Source: Candidatus Nanoarchaeia archaeon
GTDB taxonomy: Archaea > Nanobdellota > Nanobdellia > Woesearchaeales > JAQUVJ01
Direction of reading: 5' to 3'
NCBI GenBank assembly: GCA_028693395.1
Contig: JAQUVJ010000001.1
Coordinates: forward strand, 46,387-110,386
Length of the DNA: 64,000 bases
The stretch's first letter is position 1, and each line of letters opens with the position of its first letter. Position numbers and translations under genes: made by a program. Of the stretch, positions 41,699-52,964 are shown in pieces. Under the pieces are notes generated by a model. That model was given only the letters and a program-made list of their open reading frames with translations. It did no database searches and was not told the DNA's origin.

Positions 41699-42688
41699 TT
41701 ACAATTTCTTTATATATTCATATGCACTATATGCAGCACTTACACCTTGAGAAACACTTGTAATTGCCTGTTTAAATTTGAAATTTGTAACATCTCCACT
41801 TGCAAAAAAACCACTAATATTTGTTTTTGAATATTCATCAATTATGATTTCATTTTTTTTATTTAATTTAACATTTAAATCTTTAACTAACTCACTATTT
41901 GGACTATTTCCAATATAAACAAAAACACCATCTAAATTTATCTTTTTTGAATTTTTATATTCGTTTTTTAAAATAATTTCTTCAACAAAATCATTTCCTT
42001 TTATTTCAATTAATTCATTATTATTAATTACCTCAATTCTTTTTTCTTTTATTTTTTGATTTAAAAGTTTTAAATTTTGATGTTCAGGATGGATTTCATT
42101 TTCATTATTTACTATGTAAACTTTTTTTGCATATTCTAAGATTAAAATAGCTTCCTTTATGGCACTATCTCCTCCACCTATCACTGCTACAATTTTATCT
42201 TTTATAAATGCAGCATCACAAAGTGCACAATAAGCAACGCCTTTTCCAAAAAATTCATTTTCTCCTTTTACATTTAATTTCTTTAATTTAGATCCTGTTG
42301 CTAAAACTACTGATTTTGATTTAAATGTTTTATCATCTAAATAAACAAAAAAATTCTTATCTTTTTTCTCTATTTTATTTACAATATCATATTCAATATC
42401 TAAATCATAATCCATCATATGATTTTCTAATAATTGAGTTAAACTTGATCCTTCTATTGAAACAAATCCTGGGTAATTTTCTACTTTCCCTGTTAAACTA
42501 AGCATTCCTCCTGGTTGTTCTCCTATTATCAAAACATTTAAACCTAATCTTGAAGCATACATTGCACATGAATATCCACTTACTCCCATTCCAATAACGA
42601 TTAAATCATAATCTTTTTTTTCATTAGAAAGATAATTATATTTATTTCTAGAATCAAAAACTATTTTATCGTATTCTGTTTTTTCCAT
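41699..42688 (-). CDS. trxB: Thioredoxin reductase
   Basis: 329 aa. FAD site (GMGVSGYSCAMYASR), redox-active CALCDA and NADPH site (GGGDSA). Confidence 0.8.
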   Translation of the reverse strand: MEKTEYDKIVFDSRNKYNYLSNEKKDYDLIVIGMGVSGYSCAMYASRLGLNVLIIGEQPGGMLSLTGKVENYPGFVSIEGSSLTQLLENHMMDYDLDIEYDIVNKIEKKDKNFFVYLDDKTFKSKSVVLATGSKLKKLNVKGENEFFGKGVAYCALCDAAFIKDKIVAVIGGGDSAIKEAILILEYAKKVYIVNNENEIHPEHQNLKLLNQKIKEKRIEVINNNELIEIKGNDFVEEIILKNEYKNSKKINLDGVFVYIGNSPNSELVKDLNVKLNKKNEIIIDEYSKTNISGFFASGDVTNFKFKQAITSVSQGVSAAYSAYEYIKKL

Positions 42689-42933
42689 TTTTTTTCACTA
42701 TTTATAAATATGTTTCAATATAAAAATTTTGCATTTATTTAATAATAATTTAATTAAAAAATATAAACATATTAAAAAAATAAATTAATAAAATAATAAT
42801 GTAATAAAATAAAAAAAATAATAAATAAAAAAAATAATAAATAATAAAAACAATAAATAAAATAAATTAATTAATAATTTAATTAACAATTAAAAAAATT
42901 AATAAATAAAAAAATTAATAAACAAAAATAAAA

Positions 42934-44262
42934 TCATCTAAGTAAATGAGGAGCAAACAACAAAATTAAACCAATTATTGTCATAACAATTCCTCCTATT
43001 AACTTACAATGTTTTGCATATTTTTGCGTAAAACCACTTCCCAAAGCAAAAGCAGCCATACTAAAAATTATTATGTGATCCAACATATAAAAAAACACAT
43101 ACAAAAGTATATACAAATAATGTTGTAATGTTGAAATACCACTTAAAGCTAATAATTGAGTATAAACTGCTGGAATCGCAGCAGAACATACAAATTCAAT
43201 TGCATTTACAGCAAAAGCAAGACCTATTACTGAAAAAATAATTCCTATTGTTATTGGTTGTGCAATAATTCTTTGAATTTTATTCATAGTTTTTTCATGA
43301 GATTTTTCATCACCAACTTCACAAGTTAAATCTCCTTTTGTTGTAATCCATGTTTTTATATGTAAAATTCCACTTCCTACCGCAAATAAACCAATTATTA
43401 ATGTAACAATTCCAATATATCCCATTACTAAAAATAAATTTAACCATGCTGTCATAAATAAAAAATACGAAACTGCTGAAGCTAAAACAAAACTTCCTAC
43501 AACTAACCATATCTTCTTTTTACTTTTTTCTCCCATTAACATAGTTATTAAAAATATTAAAACCCATAAAGCACATGGATTAAAACCATCTATTAAACCT
43601 AATATAACTGTTAAAACAGGTAAAGACCATTTTGTTAAATCAACTTTTCCAAAAAATGGTAATTCATAATCTTCTAAACTTTGTTGAGTTGTTTCTTTTT
43701 CATCAGTTTTATATTCATCTCCTTTACATTGATCTACGCAATTATCTATTGCAGAAATTATCTTTTCTTTTGTTTGTAAACCAATTAAAGCATCCTTATT
43801 AATAAAAATTGCTGGGACTGCAAGCCTTGACAAATCAAGTCCTGCATCTCTTGCCATTTTATAAAATAAATCTGATCCTTTTTTGGTAGAAATATCATGC
43901 TCATACAAAACAACATCAGTTCTTTCATCTCTTATTTCATACATTATTGGTTTTTGTTGAGCACAAAAATGACATGTTGGAGAAAAAAAATAATTTATAA
44001 CAACCTTATCTAAATCATCTTCAGAAATATTTCCTTGATTTGTTGATGTTTGTATAAAAGCAAATATACCAAGAACAATTAACAATATAAATAATACTAA
44101 ATTAAATTTACTAGAAAAAAAACTTTTGATTTTTCTAAAAACAATATTTGATTCATTTTTATTTTTATATTTTTTATTTGATAATTTGTTTTTTTCATTT
44201 TTATTTTCATTATCTTTAATAATTTTGTTACTCACTTTTTTATTTTTTTTATTGTTTCCCAT
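42934..44262 (-). CDS. Thioredoxin-fold domain fused to a DsbD/CcdA-type transmembrane disulfide-transfer domain
   Basis: 442 aa. K-rich N-terminus, one TM helix, a Trx-like domain with CHFC and a second Cys pair in a CVDQC-like segment. The C-terminal polytopic domain has conserved Cys in TM helices (FNPCALW...EFVCSAAIP). Confidence 0.6.
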   Translation of the reverse strand: MGNNKKNKKVSNKIIKDNENKNEKNKLSNKKYKNKNESNIVFRKIKSFFSSKFNLVLFILLIVLGIFAFIQTSTNQGNISEDDLDKVVINYFFSPTCHFCAQQKPIMYEIRDERTDVVLYEHDISTKKGSDLFYKMARDAGLDLSRLAVPAIFINKDALIGLQTKEKIISAIDNCVDQCKGDEYKTDEKETTQQSLEDYELPFFGKVDLTKWSLPVLTVILGLIDGFNPCALWVLIFLITMLMGEKSKKKIWLVVGSFVLASAVSYFLFMTAWLNLFLVMGYIGIVTLIIGLFAVGSGILHIKTWITTKGDLTCEVGDEKSHEKTMNKIQRIIAQPITIGIIFSVIGLAFAVNAIEFVCSAAIPAVYTQLLALSGISTLQHYLYILLYVFFYMLDHIIIFSMAAFALGSGFTQKYAKHCKLIGGIVMTIIGLILLFAPHLLR

Positions 44263-44448
44263 TTTTTTTCCTCATATTTTGGTTCATTTATTTCAACCTA
44301 TTTTTTCCTTTTCTAACACTTCTAGACTTATTTTATCATAACAATCATTCTTTAATCTTTATTTACTTTTTATTATCTTAAAATAAAAAAAATAATTATG
44401 AGAAACTAAAAAACATAAAGATTCACAAACTTAAATTATTTTATAAAT

Positions 44449-44691
44449 TTATATTTCTAAATATTTTTTCATTTCTTTTATATTATATCCTATTATAATA
44501 TTTCCATCAACATCTAAAACAGGAATATTTTTTTGACCACTTTTTTCTATCATTTCATTTTTTGATTTTTCATCTTTAATTATATCAATTTCTTTAAATT
44601 GAATTTCATTTTTTTCTAAATATTTTTTTACCATTAAACAAAATGGACATCCCATAGATGTATACAAAATTACTTTTTTCATTTTTATCAC
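44449..44691 (-). CDS. Glutaredoxin-like small redox protein
   Basis: 80 aa. Active site CPFC near the N-terminus, consistent with a Grx/NrdH fold. Confidence 0.65.
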   Translation of the reverse strand: MIKMKKVILYTSMGCPFCLMVKKYLEKNEIQFKEIDIIKDEKSKNEMIEKSGQKNIPVLDVDGNIIIGYNIKEMKKYLEI

Positions 44692-44834
44692 AAATGCAAT
44701 TTAATTATCTAAGTACTATAAACTTTCTTTTTTATTATATAAATTTTATTAATTTATATTTTTTCAATATTTTACATAAAAACAAATTAAAATTAAACAA
44801 AAATAAATATAATAAAATAAAATAAATATAAAAA

Positions 44835-44912
44835 TAAATAAATATAAATATAAAAATAAATATAAATATAAATATAAAAATAAATATAAATATAAATATA
44901 AAAATAAATAAT
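44835..44912. repeat. Minisatellite: about 3 copies of a 24-bp unit (TAAAAATAAATATAAATATAAATA)
   Basis: aaataaatataaatataaatataaaaataaatataaatataaatataaaaataaataat in the intergenic region upstream of the 44983 ORF. Confidence 0.6.
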
Positions 44913-44982
44913 AATTATAATGATGATAATAATAAATATAATAAATTAAAAAAATTTATAAATTAAGATATATTATTAAAAT

Positions 44983-45336
44983 ATGAAAAATATGGAAAAT
45001 GAAAATGTTAACTCACAAAATATTAACAATGATGATAATATTGTTAATATGGCAATTCACTTATTAGGACTTTTTACAGGATTTATTGCACCTTTGATAT
45101 TTTTATTAATATCTAAAAAAGAAGAAGTAAAAAAACATGCAAAAATAGTTTTAAATTGGCAATTAACTCTTATGATATATTATCTTATTTCATTAGTAAC
45201 ATTAATAATTATTATAGGTGCCCTTGGATTTGCTGTTTTTGGAACTTTAAATATTATTTTTAGTATTGTTGGAATGTTAAAAGCAAACGATAGAATTCTT
45301 TGGGAATATCCATTATCTATTAGATTTCTTAAATAA
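44983..45336 (+). CDS. Small membrane protein (two TM helices)
   Basis: 117 aa. N-rich N-terminus followed by two hydrophobic helices. Confidence 0.35.
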   Translation: MKNMENENVNSQNINNDDNIVNMAIHLLGLFTGFIAPLIFLLISKKEEVKKHAKIVLNWQLTLMIYYLISLVTLIIIIGALGFAVFGTLNIIFSIVGMLKANDRILWEYPLSIRFLK

Positions 45337-45538
45337 TTTAATTTTTTGATAATCTTTTTTTTATTTTTTTTATCTTATTTATTTCTCTTTTTATTTCTTT
45401 TTTTCTTATGTTTTTTATAGTATTTTTATAGTATTTTTATTTTATTATATGTTATAAATAATAAATAATAAATAAAATGAATAAAATAATAATATAGTTA
45501 AAAAAATTTATATACGTATCGGGATAAAAACACACAAT

Positions 45539-47296
<1,758 letters not shown>

Positions 47297-47348
47297 TTCG
47301 ACACTTAGTAGTAGTTTTTATATATAACTCATTTTTACATTAATTAAT

Positions 47349-47852
47349 ATGGTATATAATTATAGAAAAACAGAAATACTAACACTTGAAGAAATTACAA
47401 ATTTATTATTAAATGAAGAAATTAGTATAGAAGAATCTGTTCAATTATGTAAAAAAATTAAAAAAGAAAAAAAACAAGAAAACGACGATTACAAAATCTT
47501 TATTGGAGACAATTCTGGTTCAATAATTGCATACGATGACAGTCAAAGAGAAATTGGATTTCTTGATTATTATCAATTTATTGACAATTTAAAAAAAAAT
47601 GCAATTATTATAGAAAGAGTTCAATCATATGAGCAAAATATTGGCGTCTTTAAAAAGATGTTTAAAGAATTAAAAAGATATTCTCTAAAAAATAACATAC
47701 ATTATTTCTTATTAGAAGTAAATAATTCAAATATAAATGCTATAGAAATCTATAAACATTACAATTTTCAATTTACAAATTCTCCAGAAATAATTCCTTT
47801 AAAAAGTAATCTCACATCTTGGATGATATTACCTCTTGAAGATAGACTATAA
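47349..47852 (+). CDS. Hypothetical protein, possibly a GNAT-like acetyltransferase
   Basis: 167 aa. Weak resemblance to an acyl-CoA N-acyltransferase fold (NIGVFKKMFKEL...IEIYKHYNF). A TATA-like element (tttttatatata) lies about 25 nt upstream of the start. Confidence 0.3.
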   Translation: MVYNYRKTEILTLEEITNLLLNEEISIEESVQLCKKIKKEKKQENDDYKIFIGDNSGSIIAYDDSQREIGFLDYYQFIDNLKKNAIIIERVQSYEQNIGVFKKMFKELKRYSLKNNIHYFLLEVNNSNINAIEIYKHYNFQFTNSPEIIPLKSNLTSWMILPLEDRL

Positions 47853-47884
47853 AAATATATATACTAAATATGTTTTAAAATAAT

Positions 47885-48949
47885 ATGTCAAGATTAATAA
47901 AAAATACTTTTAAAATTATTGGTGCTTCACCAGGAACTTCAGTTTTTATCGGAGATCAAAAAACAAATGAAATAAAAATTTCTTTACTACAATATAATCA
48001 ATCTGGTTTTTTAGAAAAAGAAATAAAAAATTTAAACGAATTAGAAAACATTGATGAAAAATCTTACATAAATTGGTTAAACATTGATGGATTACATGAA
48101 ATAAAAATAATTGATTATATTGGTAAAAAATACAATATCCATTCACTTATAATTGAAGATATCTTAAATACACAACAAACACCAAAAATAGAAATATTCG
48201 ATGATTATATTTATATTACATTAAAAATGTTCGATTTTAATGAAACAAAAGAATCAATAAATGTAGAACAAATTAGTTTAATCTTGAATGATAAAAATGT
48301 AATATCATTTCAAGAAAAAACTGGAGATATTTTTGAACCAATAAGAAAAAGAATAAAAGAGACCAGCAGCAGAATAAGAAAACTCGATTCTGATTATTTA
48401 TTATATTCAATCATTGATATAATTGTTGATTATTATTTTTTAATTTTAGAAAAAATTGGTGATAAAATTGAAATTCTTGAAGAAGAATTAGTTATTGAAC
48501 CAAAGAAAAATACATTAAAAGAAATCTATAAACTAAAAAGAGAACTTTTATTTTTAAGAAAATCTGTTTGGCCAATAAGAGAAAATGTTAACAAACTTGA
48601 AAAATCTGATTCCCAATTAATTAAAAAAAGTACATCTCCTTATTTAAGAGATTTATATGATCATAGTATTCAAATTATAGACACTATTGAAACAAGTAGA
48701 GATTTACTTGGTGGAATGCTTGATTTATATCTTTCAAGTATTAATAATAAAATGAACGAAATAATGAAAGTTTTAACTATAATTTCTACTATTTTTATTC
48801 CTTTAACTTTTATTTCCGGAGTTTATGGTATGAATTTTAAACATATGCCTGAGCTTGAATGGAAACTTGGATACTTTATTATTCTTGGAATTATGTTTTT
48901 GATTTCAATTTTTATGTTGTTTTTTTTTAGAAAAAAGAAATGGTTATAG
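47885..48949 (+). CDS. corA: Magnesium/cobalt transporter CorA
   Basis: 354 aa. Cytoplasmic N-domain, two C-terminal TM helices and the signature YGMNF. Confidence 0.85.
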   Translation: MSRLIKNTFKIIGASPGTSVFIGDQKTNEIKISLLQYNQSGFLEKEIKNLNELENIDEKSYINWLNIDGLHEIKIIDYIGKKYNIHSLIIEDILNTQQTPKIEIFDDYIYITLKMFDFNETKESINVEQISLILNDKNVISFQEKTGDIFEPIRKRIKETSSRIRKLDSDYLLYSIIDIIVDYYFLILEKIGDKIEILEEELVIEPKKNTLKEIYKLKRELLFLRKSVWPIRENVNKLEKSDSQLIKKSTSPYLRDLYDHSIQIIDTIETSRDLLGGMLDLYLSSINNKMNEIMKVLTIISTIFIPLTFISGVYGMNFKHMPELEWKLGYFIILGIMFLISIFMLFFFRKKKWL

Positions 48950-49059
48950 AAATTTAAAATGTTAATAATAAATTTTTAAATTATTTGAAAAATATAATTA
49001 TAAAATAAAATCTATCATATAATTTTTAAATACATTAAGTTTATCTAATAATAGATTTT

Positions 49060-50814
49060 ATGGAAATTAATTTAAAAAATAAAGAAAATGATTATAATAA
49101 TATAGATTATAACAATTTTAAGAAAAATAAAAACACCAATAATATTGACATCAATAAAAAAAATGACCAAAAAAATTATAATAAAGAAAATTATAATGAA
49201 AAAGATTATAATGAAAAAAAATATGATGTAATCTTTATAACTGCACAATATCATGATGATCATCCTCTTTGTGCAACAGAAATTTTAAAAAGAATCGTAG
49301 AAGATAATGGATTTTCTATAAAAATAATTGAGAAACCAAAAAATGATAATGATTATTTAAAATTTGGAAAACCAAATCTTGCTTTTTTTGTAACTTCTGG
49401 ACCAATTGATAGCATGTTAAATAATTTTACACCATTAAAAAAAGATAGGAATGAAGATAAATCACAAACTAAAACTGACGTCCCAAATAGGGCAATAATC
49501 AAATATTGTAATGATTTAAAAAGATTGTTTAAAGATAGTTACATAGTAATTGGAGGAATTGAAAGTTCTCTTAGAAGATTTGCACATTATGATTATTGGG
49601 AAAACAAAATAAGAAAATCAATACTTCTTGATTCAAAAGCAAACATCTTAGTTTATGGAAATGGTGAAATTCAATCTGTTGAAATATTAAAAAGATTAAA
49701 AAACAAAGAAAATATGATTGGAATAGAAGGCACATCAATTTTATCAAAAGATCTTCCAAATAATACTATTTTACTTCCAAGTTTTAAAGAAGTTTTTGAA
49801 AATAAAGAAAAATTTATTGATATGCAAAAAAAACTTAGTGTTTACTTTAACTTAGCTCAAGAATATGATAATAATTATATAATTCAATTTAAATATCCAA
49901 AATATACTAGTGAATATTTAGATTATATTTATTCTCTAGATTACACAAGAAAATTACACCCAAAATCTCAACTTAAAATGGCTCAATTTTCAATAGTAAC
50001 TCATAGAGGATGTATTGGAAATTGCAATTTTTGTTCAATTGCTATGCATCAAGGATCTAAAATAATTTCAAGAAGTGAAGAAAACATACTAAAAGAAATA
50101 GAAAAAATTACAAAAATGAAAGAATTTAAAGGAATAATTGATGATCTTGGAGGTCCTAGTGCAAACATGTATAAAATGGATTGTAAAATTAATTGTTTTA
50201 ATAACTGCATTACTTGTAATAAATTAAATAGAAGTCATCGTGAAATAATTGAATTACTAAGAAAAGCAAGAAATATAAAAGGAATAAAAAAGATATTTGT
50301 AAGAAGTGGAATTAGATATGATTTAGCTATTGAATCCGAAGAATACATTGAAGAAATTTCAAAACATCATATTTCTGGTGTTTTAAAAATAGCTCCTGAG
50401 CATTTTTCAAATGATGTATTAAAATTAATGAATAAAGAAAGTTTTTCATTTGACAAATTTAAAAATAAATTTGATAACATAAATAAAAATAAAAATCAAG
50501 AATTAAAATATTATATAATGATAGGACATCCTGGAGAAAATAAAAAAACAATAAATGAATTAATTGAAAAGAGTAAAAAATTAAAAAATATTGAAAGTTT
50601 TCAATTTTTTACTCCAACCCCTATGAGTAATTCTACATGTATGTATTACACTGGAAAGGATTTAGATAAAAATGATATTGATGTAATCTACTCTTTTAAA
50701 GAAAAAAAAGAATTTAAAAGAAAGTTCTTAAAAACAATAGAAGAAGTTCAAAATCAAAATAAAAAAAGTAATAATAGTAATAACAATAATAAAGAAAATA
50801 ATAACTATTATTAA
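49060..50814 (+). CDS. YgiQ-family (UPF0313) radical SAM protein
   Basis: 584 aa. YgiQ-like N-terminal domain (DVIFITAQYHDDHP), a CX3CX2C radical-SAM cluster motif (GCIGNCNFC) and N-rich termini. Confidence 0.7.
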   Translation: MEINLKNKENDYNNIDYNNFKKNKNTNNIDINKKNDQKNYNKENYNEKDYNEKKYDVIFITAQYHDDHPLCATEILKRIVEDNGFSIKIIEKPKNDNDYLKFGKPNLAFFVTSGPIDSMLNNFTPLKKDRNEDKSQTKTDVPNRAIIKYCNDLKRLFKDSYIVIGGIESSLRRFAHYDYWENKIRKSILLDSKANILVYGNGEIQSVEILKRLKNKENMIGIEGTSILSKDLPNNTILLPSFKEVFENKEKFIDMQKKLSVYFNLAQEYDNNYIIQFKYPKYTSEYLDYIYSLDYTRKLHPKSQLKMAQFSIVTHRGCIGNCNFCSIAMHQGSKIISRSEENILKEIEKITKMKEFKGIIDDLGGPSANMYKMDCKINCFNNCITCNKLNRSHREIIELLRKARNIKGIKKIFVRSGIRYDLAIESEEYIEEISKHHISGVLKIAPEHFSNDVLKLMNKESFSFDKFKNKFDNINKNKNQELKYYIMIGHPGENKKTINELIEKSKKLKNIESFQFFTPTPMSNSTCMYYTGKDLDKNDIDVIYSFKEKKEFKRKFLKTIEEVQNQNKKSNNSNNNNKENNNYY

Positions 50815-51392
50815 AAATAATTAATGTTTATTGGCATTTTTATAATTTTACTAGTTCTTTTTTTTTCTTCTGAAAGTGGAATCCATTCATATAATAAGAT
50901 TTCTATTGGTCTCCAAAGACTAACCCAAGCCCCTACAAATAACCCTTCAGAAATTATATTTGTTAAAATACTTTCTTTAAATAAATAACCAAAAACACTT
51001 GAAATTACTATAAAAAAAATAAAAATAAATCCAGCAATACCAAAAGTTCTTTTCCCTTTTCTTAACCTTCTTTTTAAATGTAAACAAGATTCTAAATAAT
51101 TATATTCAAAATGGTTTTTTATTGCTTTTTTTACAACATTTTCCTTTAGTAATCCATTTAACTTTTCTGGTATAAAAATTTCTAATTTAACATCATTTTC
51201 ATCTCCAAATATCTTTATTTGATTATCAATCATTGCTGAAATTTTAGAATTTAATTCTCTTTTATTTATAGGATTTGGATCATTTACGTTAAATAATTCT
51301 TCTATTGAATGAATCTTTATTTCTATTAAATAATTTCCCTCTCCATCTTTTTTATAATGTGTTAATATTGCAGTCTCCATAATAATCAACAT
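50811..51392 (-). CDS. Hypothetical membrane protein
   Basis: 193 aa. Soluble N-terminal half followed by 2-3 TM helices. Its stop overlaps the ygiQ stop by 4 nt on the opposite strand. Confidence 0.4.
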   Translation of the reverse strand: MLIIMETAILTHYKKDGEGNYLIEIKIHSIEELFNVNDPNPINKRELNSKISAMIDNQIKIFGDENDVKLEIFIPEKLNGLLKENVVKKAIKNHFEYNYLESCLHLKRRLRKGKRTFGIAGFIFIFFIVISSVFGYLFKESILTNIISEGLFVGAWVSLWRPIEILLYEWIPLSEEKKRTSKIIKMPININYF

Positions 51393-51479
51393 AAATTCTA
51401 ACGAATATATGATAATAAAAAATAAACTTCAACATTTATAAATATATATAGTCTTTATACAATTATTATCAAAATATTG

Positions 51480-52757
51480 TTAATGTTGAAATGGAGTTCT
51501 TAATAATAAAACAGATTTTTCATCTAATCTTTTATTTGGTAAATATTTTTCTGTACATTTTTTAAAATCATTAATAGTAATGGAATCTATTTCTTCGTTT
51601 ATATTCCCTATTCTTACTTTATCATCTAAACTTAATTCTATTGCAGAGATTTTTCCATCAATTGAATCAAATATATTTGAAAAAGAAAATTGTGATCTTC
51701 GTTTTAACAATTCTAATGTTTCTTCAGTTATTGGCTCTTCTTGAATTTTTCTCATTTCATCAAAGATATAATTTATTGAATCATTTGCATGAAAAGCTGT
51801 TATATTCGAATTTAAAACAATTCTTCCTTTACATAATGATTCTGATTGAAAATTTAAATTATAGATTTTCTTATTTCTTTCTAATAAATCTTTTTTAGAA
51901 ACTGGGATATCATCTCTTATTAGAATTTCTTTTATTATACTACTTATCAAATAATCTCTATCAAATTTATTTGAAAAAGGTATACCTAATCTTAATTGAG
52001 CTATACTAGAAACAGGATTACATGGATTTAATAATTCTGGAGCTAAAGATTTTAATTCTTTTTTACTAAAATTTTTTAGATCAAAATTACATTTTTGAGT
52101 ACTTTTTCCTGAACTTATAAATGAAAAAGATTCATTAACAATGTCTTCTATATTTTTTGGTAAATTTCCTACTAAAATCAACTGAGAATTATTCCCAACA
52201 TATTTTCTTGAATGAAAATCTCTTAGTTGTTCTTGATTTGTTGAAGAAATAACATATTCATCACCAAAATCTATCTTTAAAAATGGTGATTCTTTACCAT
52301 AAAATGCTTCATCAAATTTTAATTCATCAATAAAGAGTGGATCTCTTTTTTTCATTTTCATATATTTTAATACTTTTGATTTTTCTGAATTTATTAATTC
52401 TTTATCTGAAAAATCTTGATTAAAAATTTTTGAAGATATATATCTTAAAAATGATTGTGTTTCTCTTGGAGTAAATCCTAATTTATATTCAGTTTTGTCA
52501 AAAGAAACTAAAGATTTTAAAGTTCCATAAGCAAATCTTAAAGAATTTTCTTCATCTTCTGATAAATCAAATGGAGTTGAAGAAGCAATTGTTCTTTCTA
52601 ATAAATAAGACAAACCCTGTTCTCCAGAATCTTCATTTGAAATTCCACTCATAATTCTAAATTTTCCTTTTATTGCTTGTGTATCTGTATTTCTGTATGC
52701 AAAAGTTAAACCATTTTCTAATTTAACTACATTAAATTGACCATTAAAATTATCCAT
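51480..52757 (-). CDS. M16 (pitrilysin/insulinase) family protein with a degenerate zinc-binding motif, likely non-catalytic
   Basis: 425 aa. The N-terminal VVKLENGLTFAY...GEQGLSYLLERTIASST aligns to the M16 HxxEH region, but with Y and R in place of the two zinc-ligand His residues. Confidence 0.5.
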   Translation of the reverse strand: MDNFNGQFNVVKLENGLTFAYRNTDTQAIKGKFRIMSGISNEDSGEQGLSYLLERTIASSTPFDLSEDEENSLRFAYGTLKSLVSFDKTEYKLGFTPRETQSFLRYISSKIFNQDFSDKELINSEKSKVLKYMKMKKRDPLFIDELKFDEAFYGKESPFLKIDFGDEYVISSTNQEQLRDFHSRKYVGNNSQLILVGNLPKNIEDIVNESFSFISSGKSTQKCNFDLKNFSKKELKSLAPELLNPCNPVSSIAQLRLGIPFSNKFDRDYLISSIIKEILIRDDIPVSKKDLLERNKKIYNLNFQSESLCKGRIVLNSNITAFHANDSINYIFDEMRKIQEEPITEETLELLKRRSQFSFSNIFDSIDGKISAIELSLDDKVRIGNINEEIDSITINDFKKCTEKYLPNKRLDEKSVLLLRTPFQH

Positions 52758-52964
52758 CTAATGATGGATATATGTTTTATTTATAAACTTTTTCAATTGT
52801 TGTGACTACAAAGTAACACATATTCTAAAAAAGTAGTACTTACAACTAATGAAACAAATTTTTAAATAATACTAATTATAGTTTATCATAGATAATAATA
52901 TAATAATTATAATATAAAAATAATAAATATATAATTAATATAAATAATATAATAGGTAAAAAAA

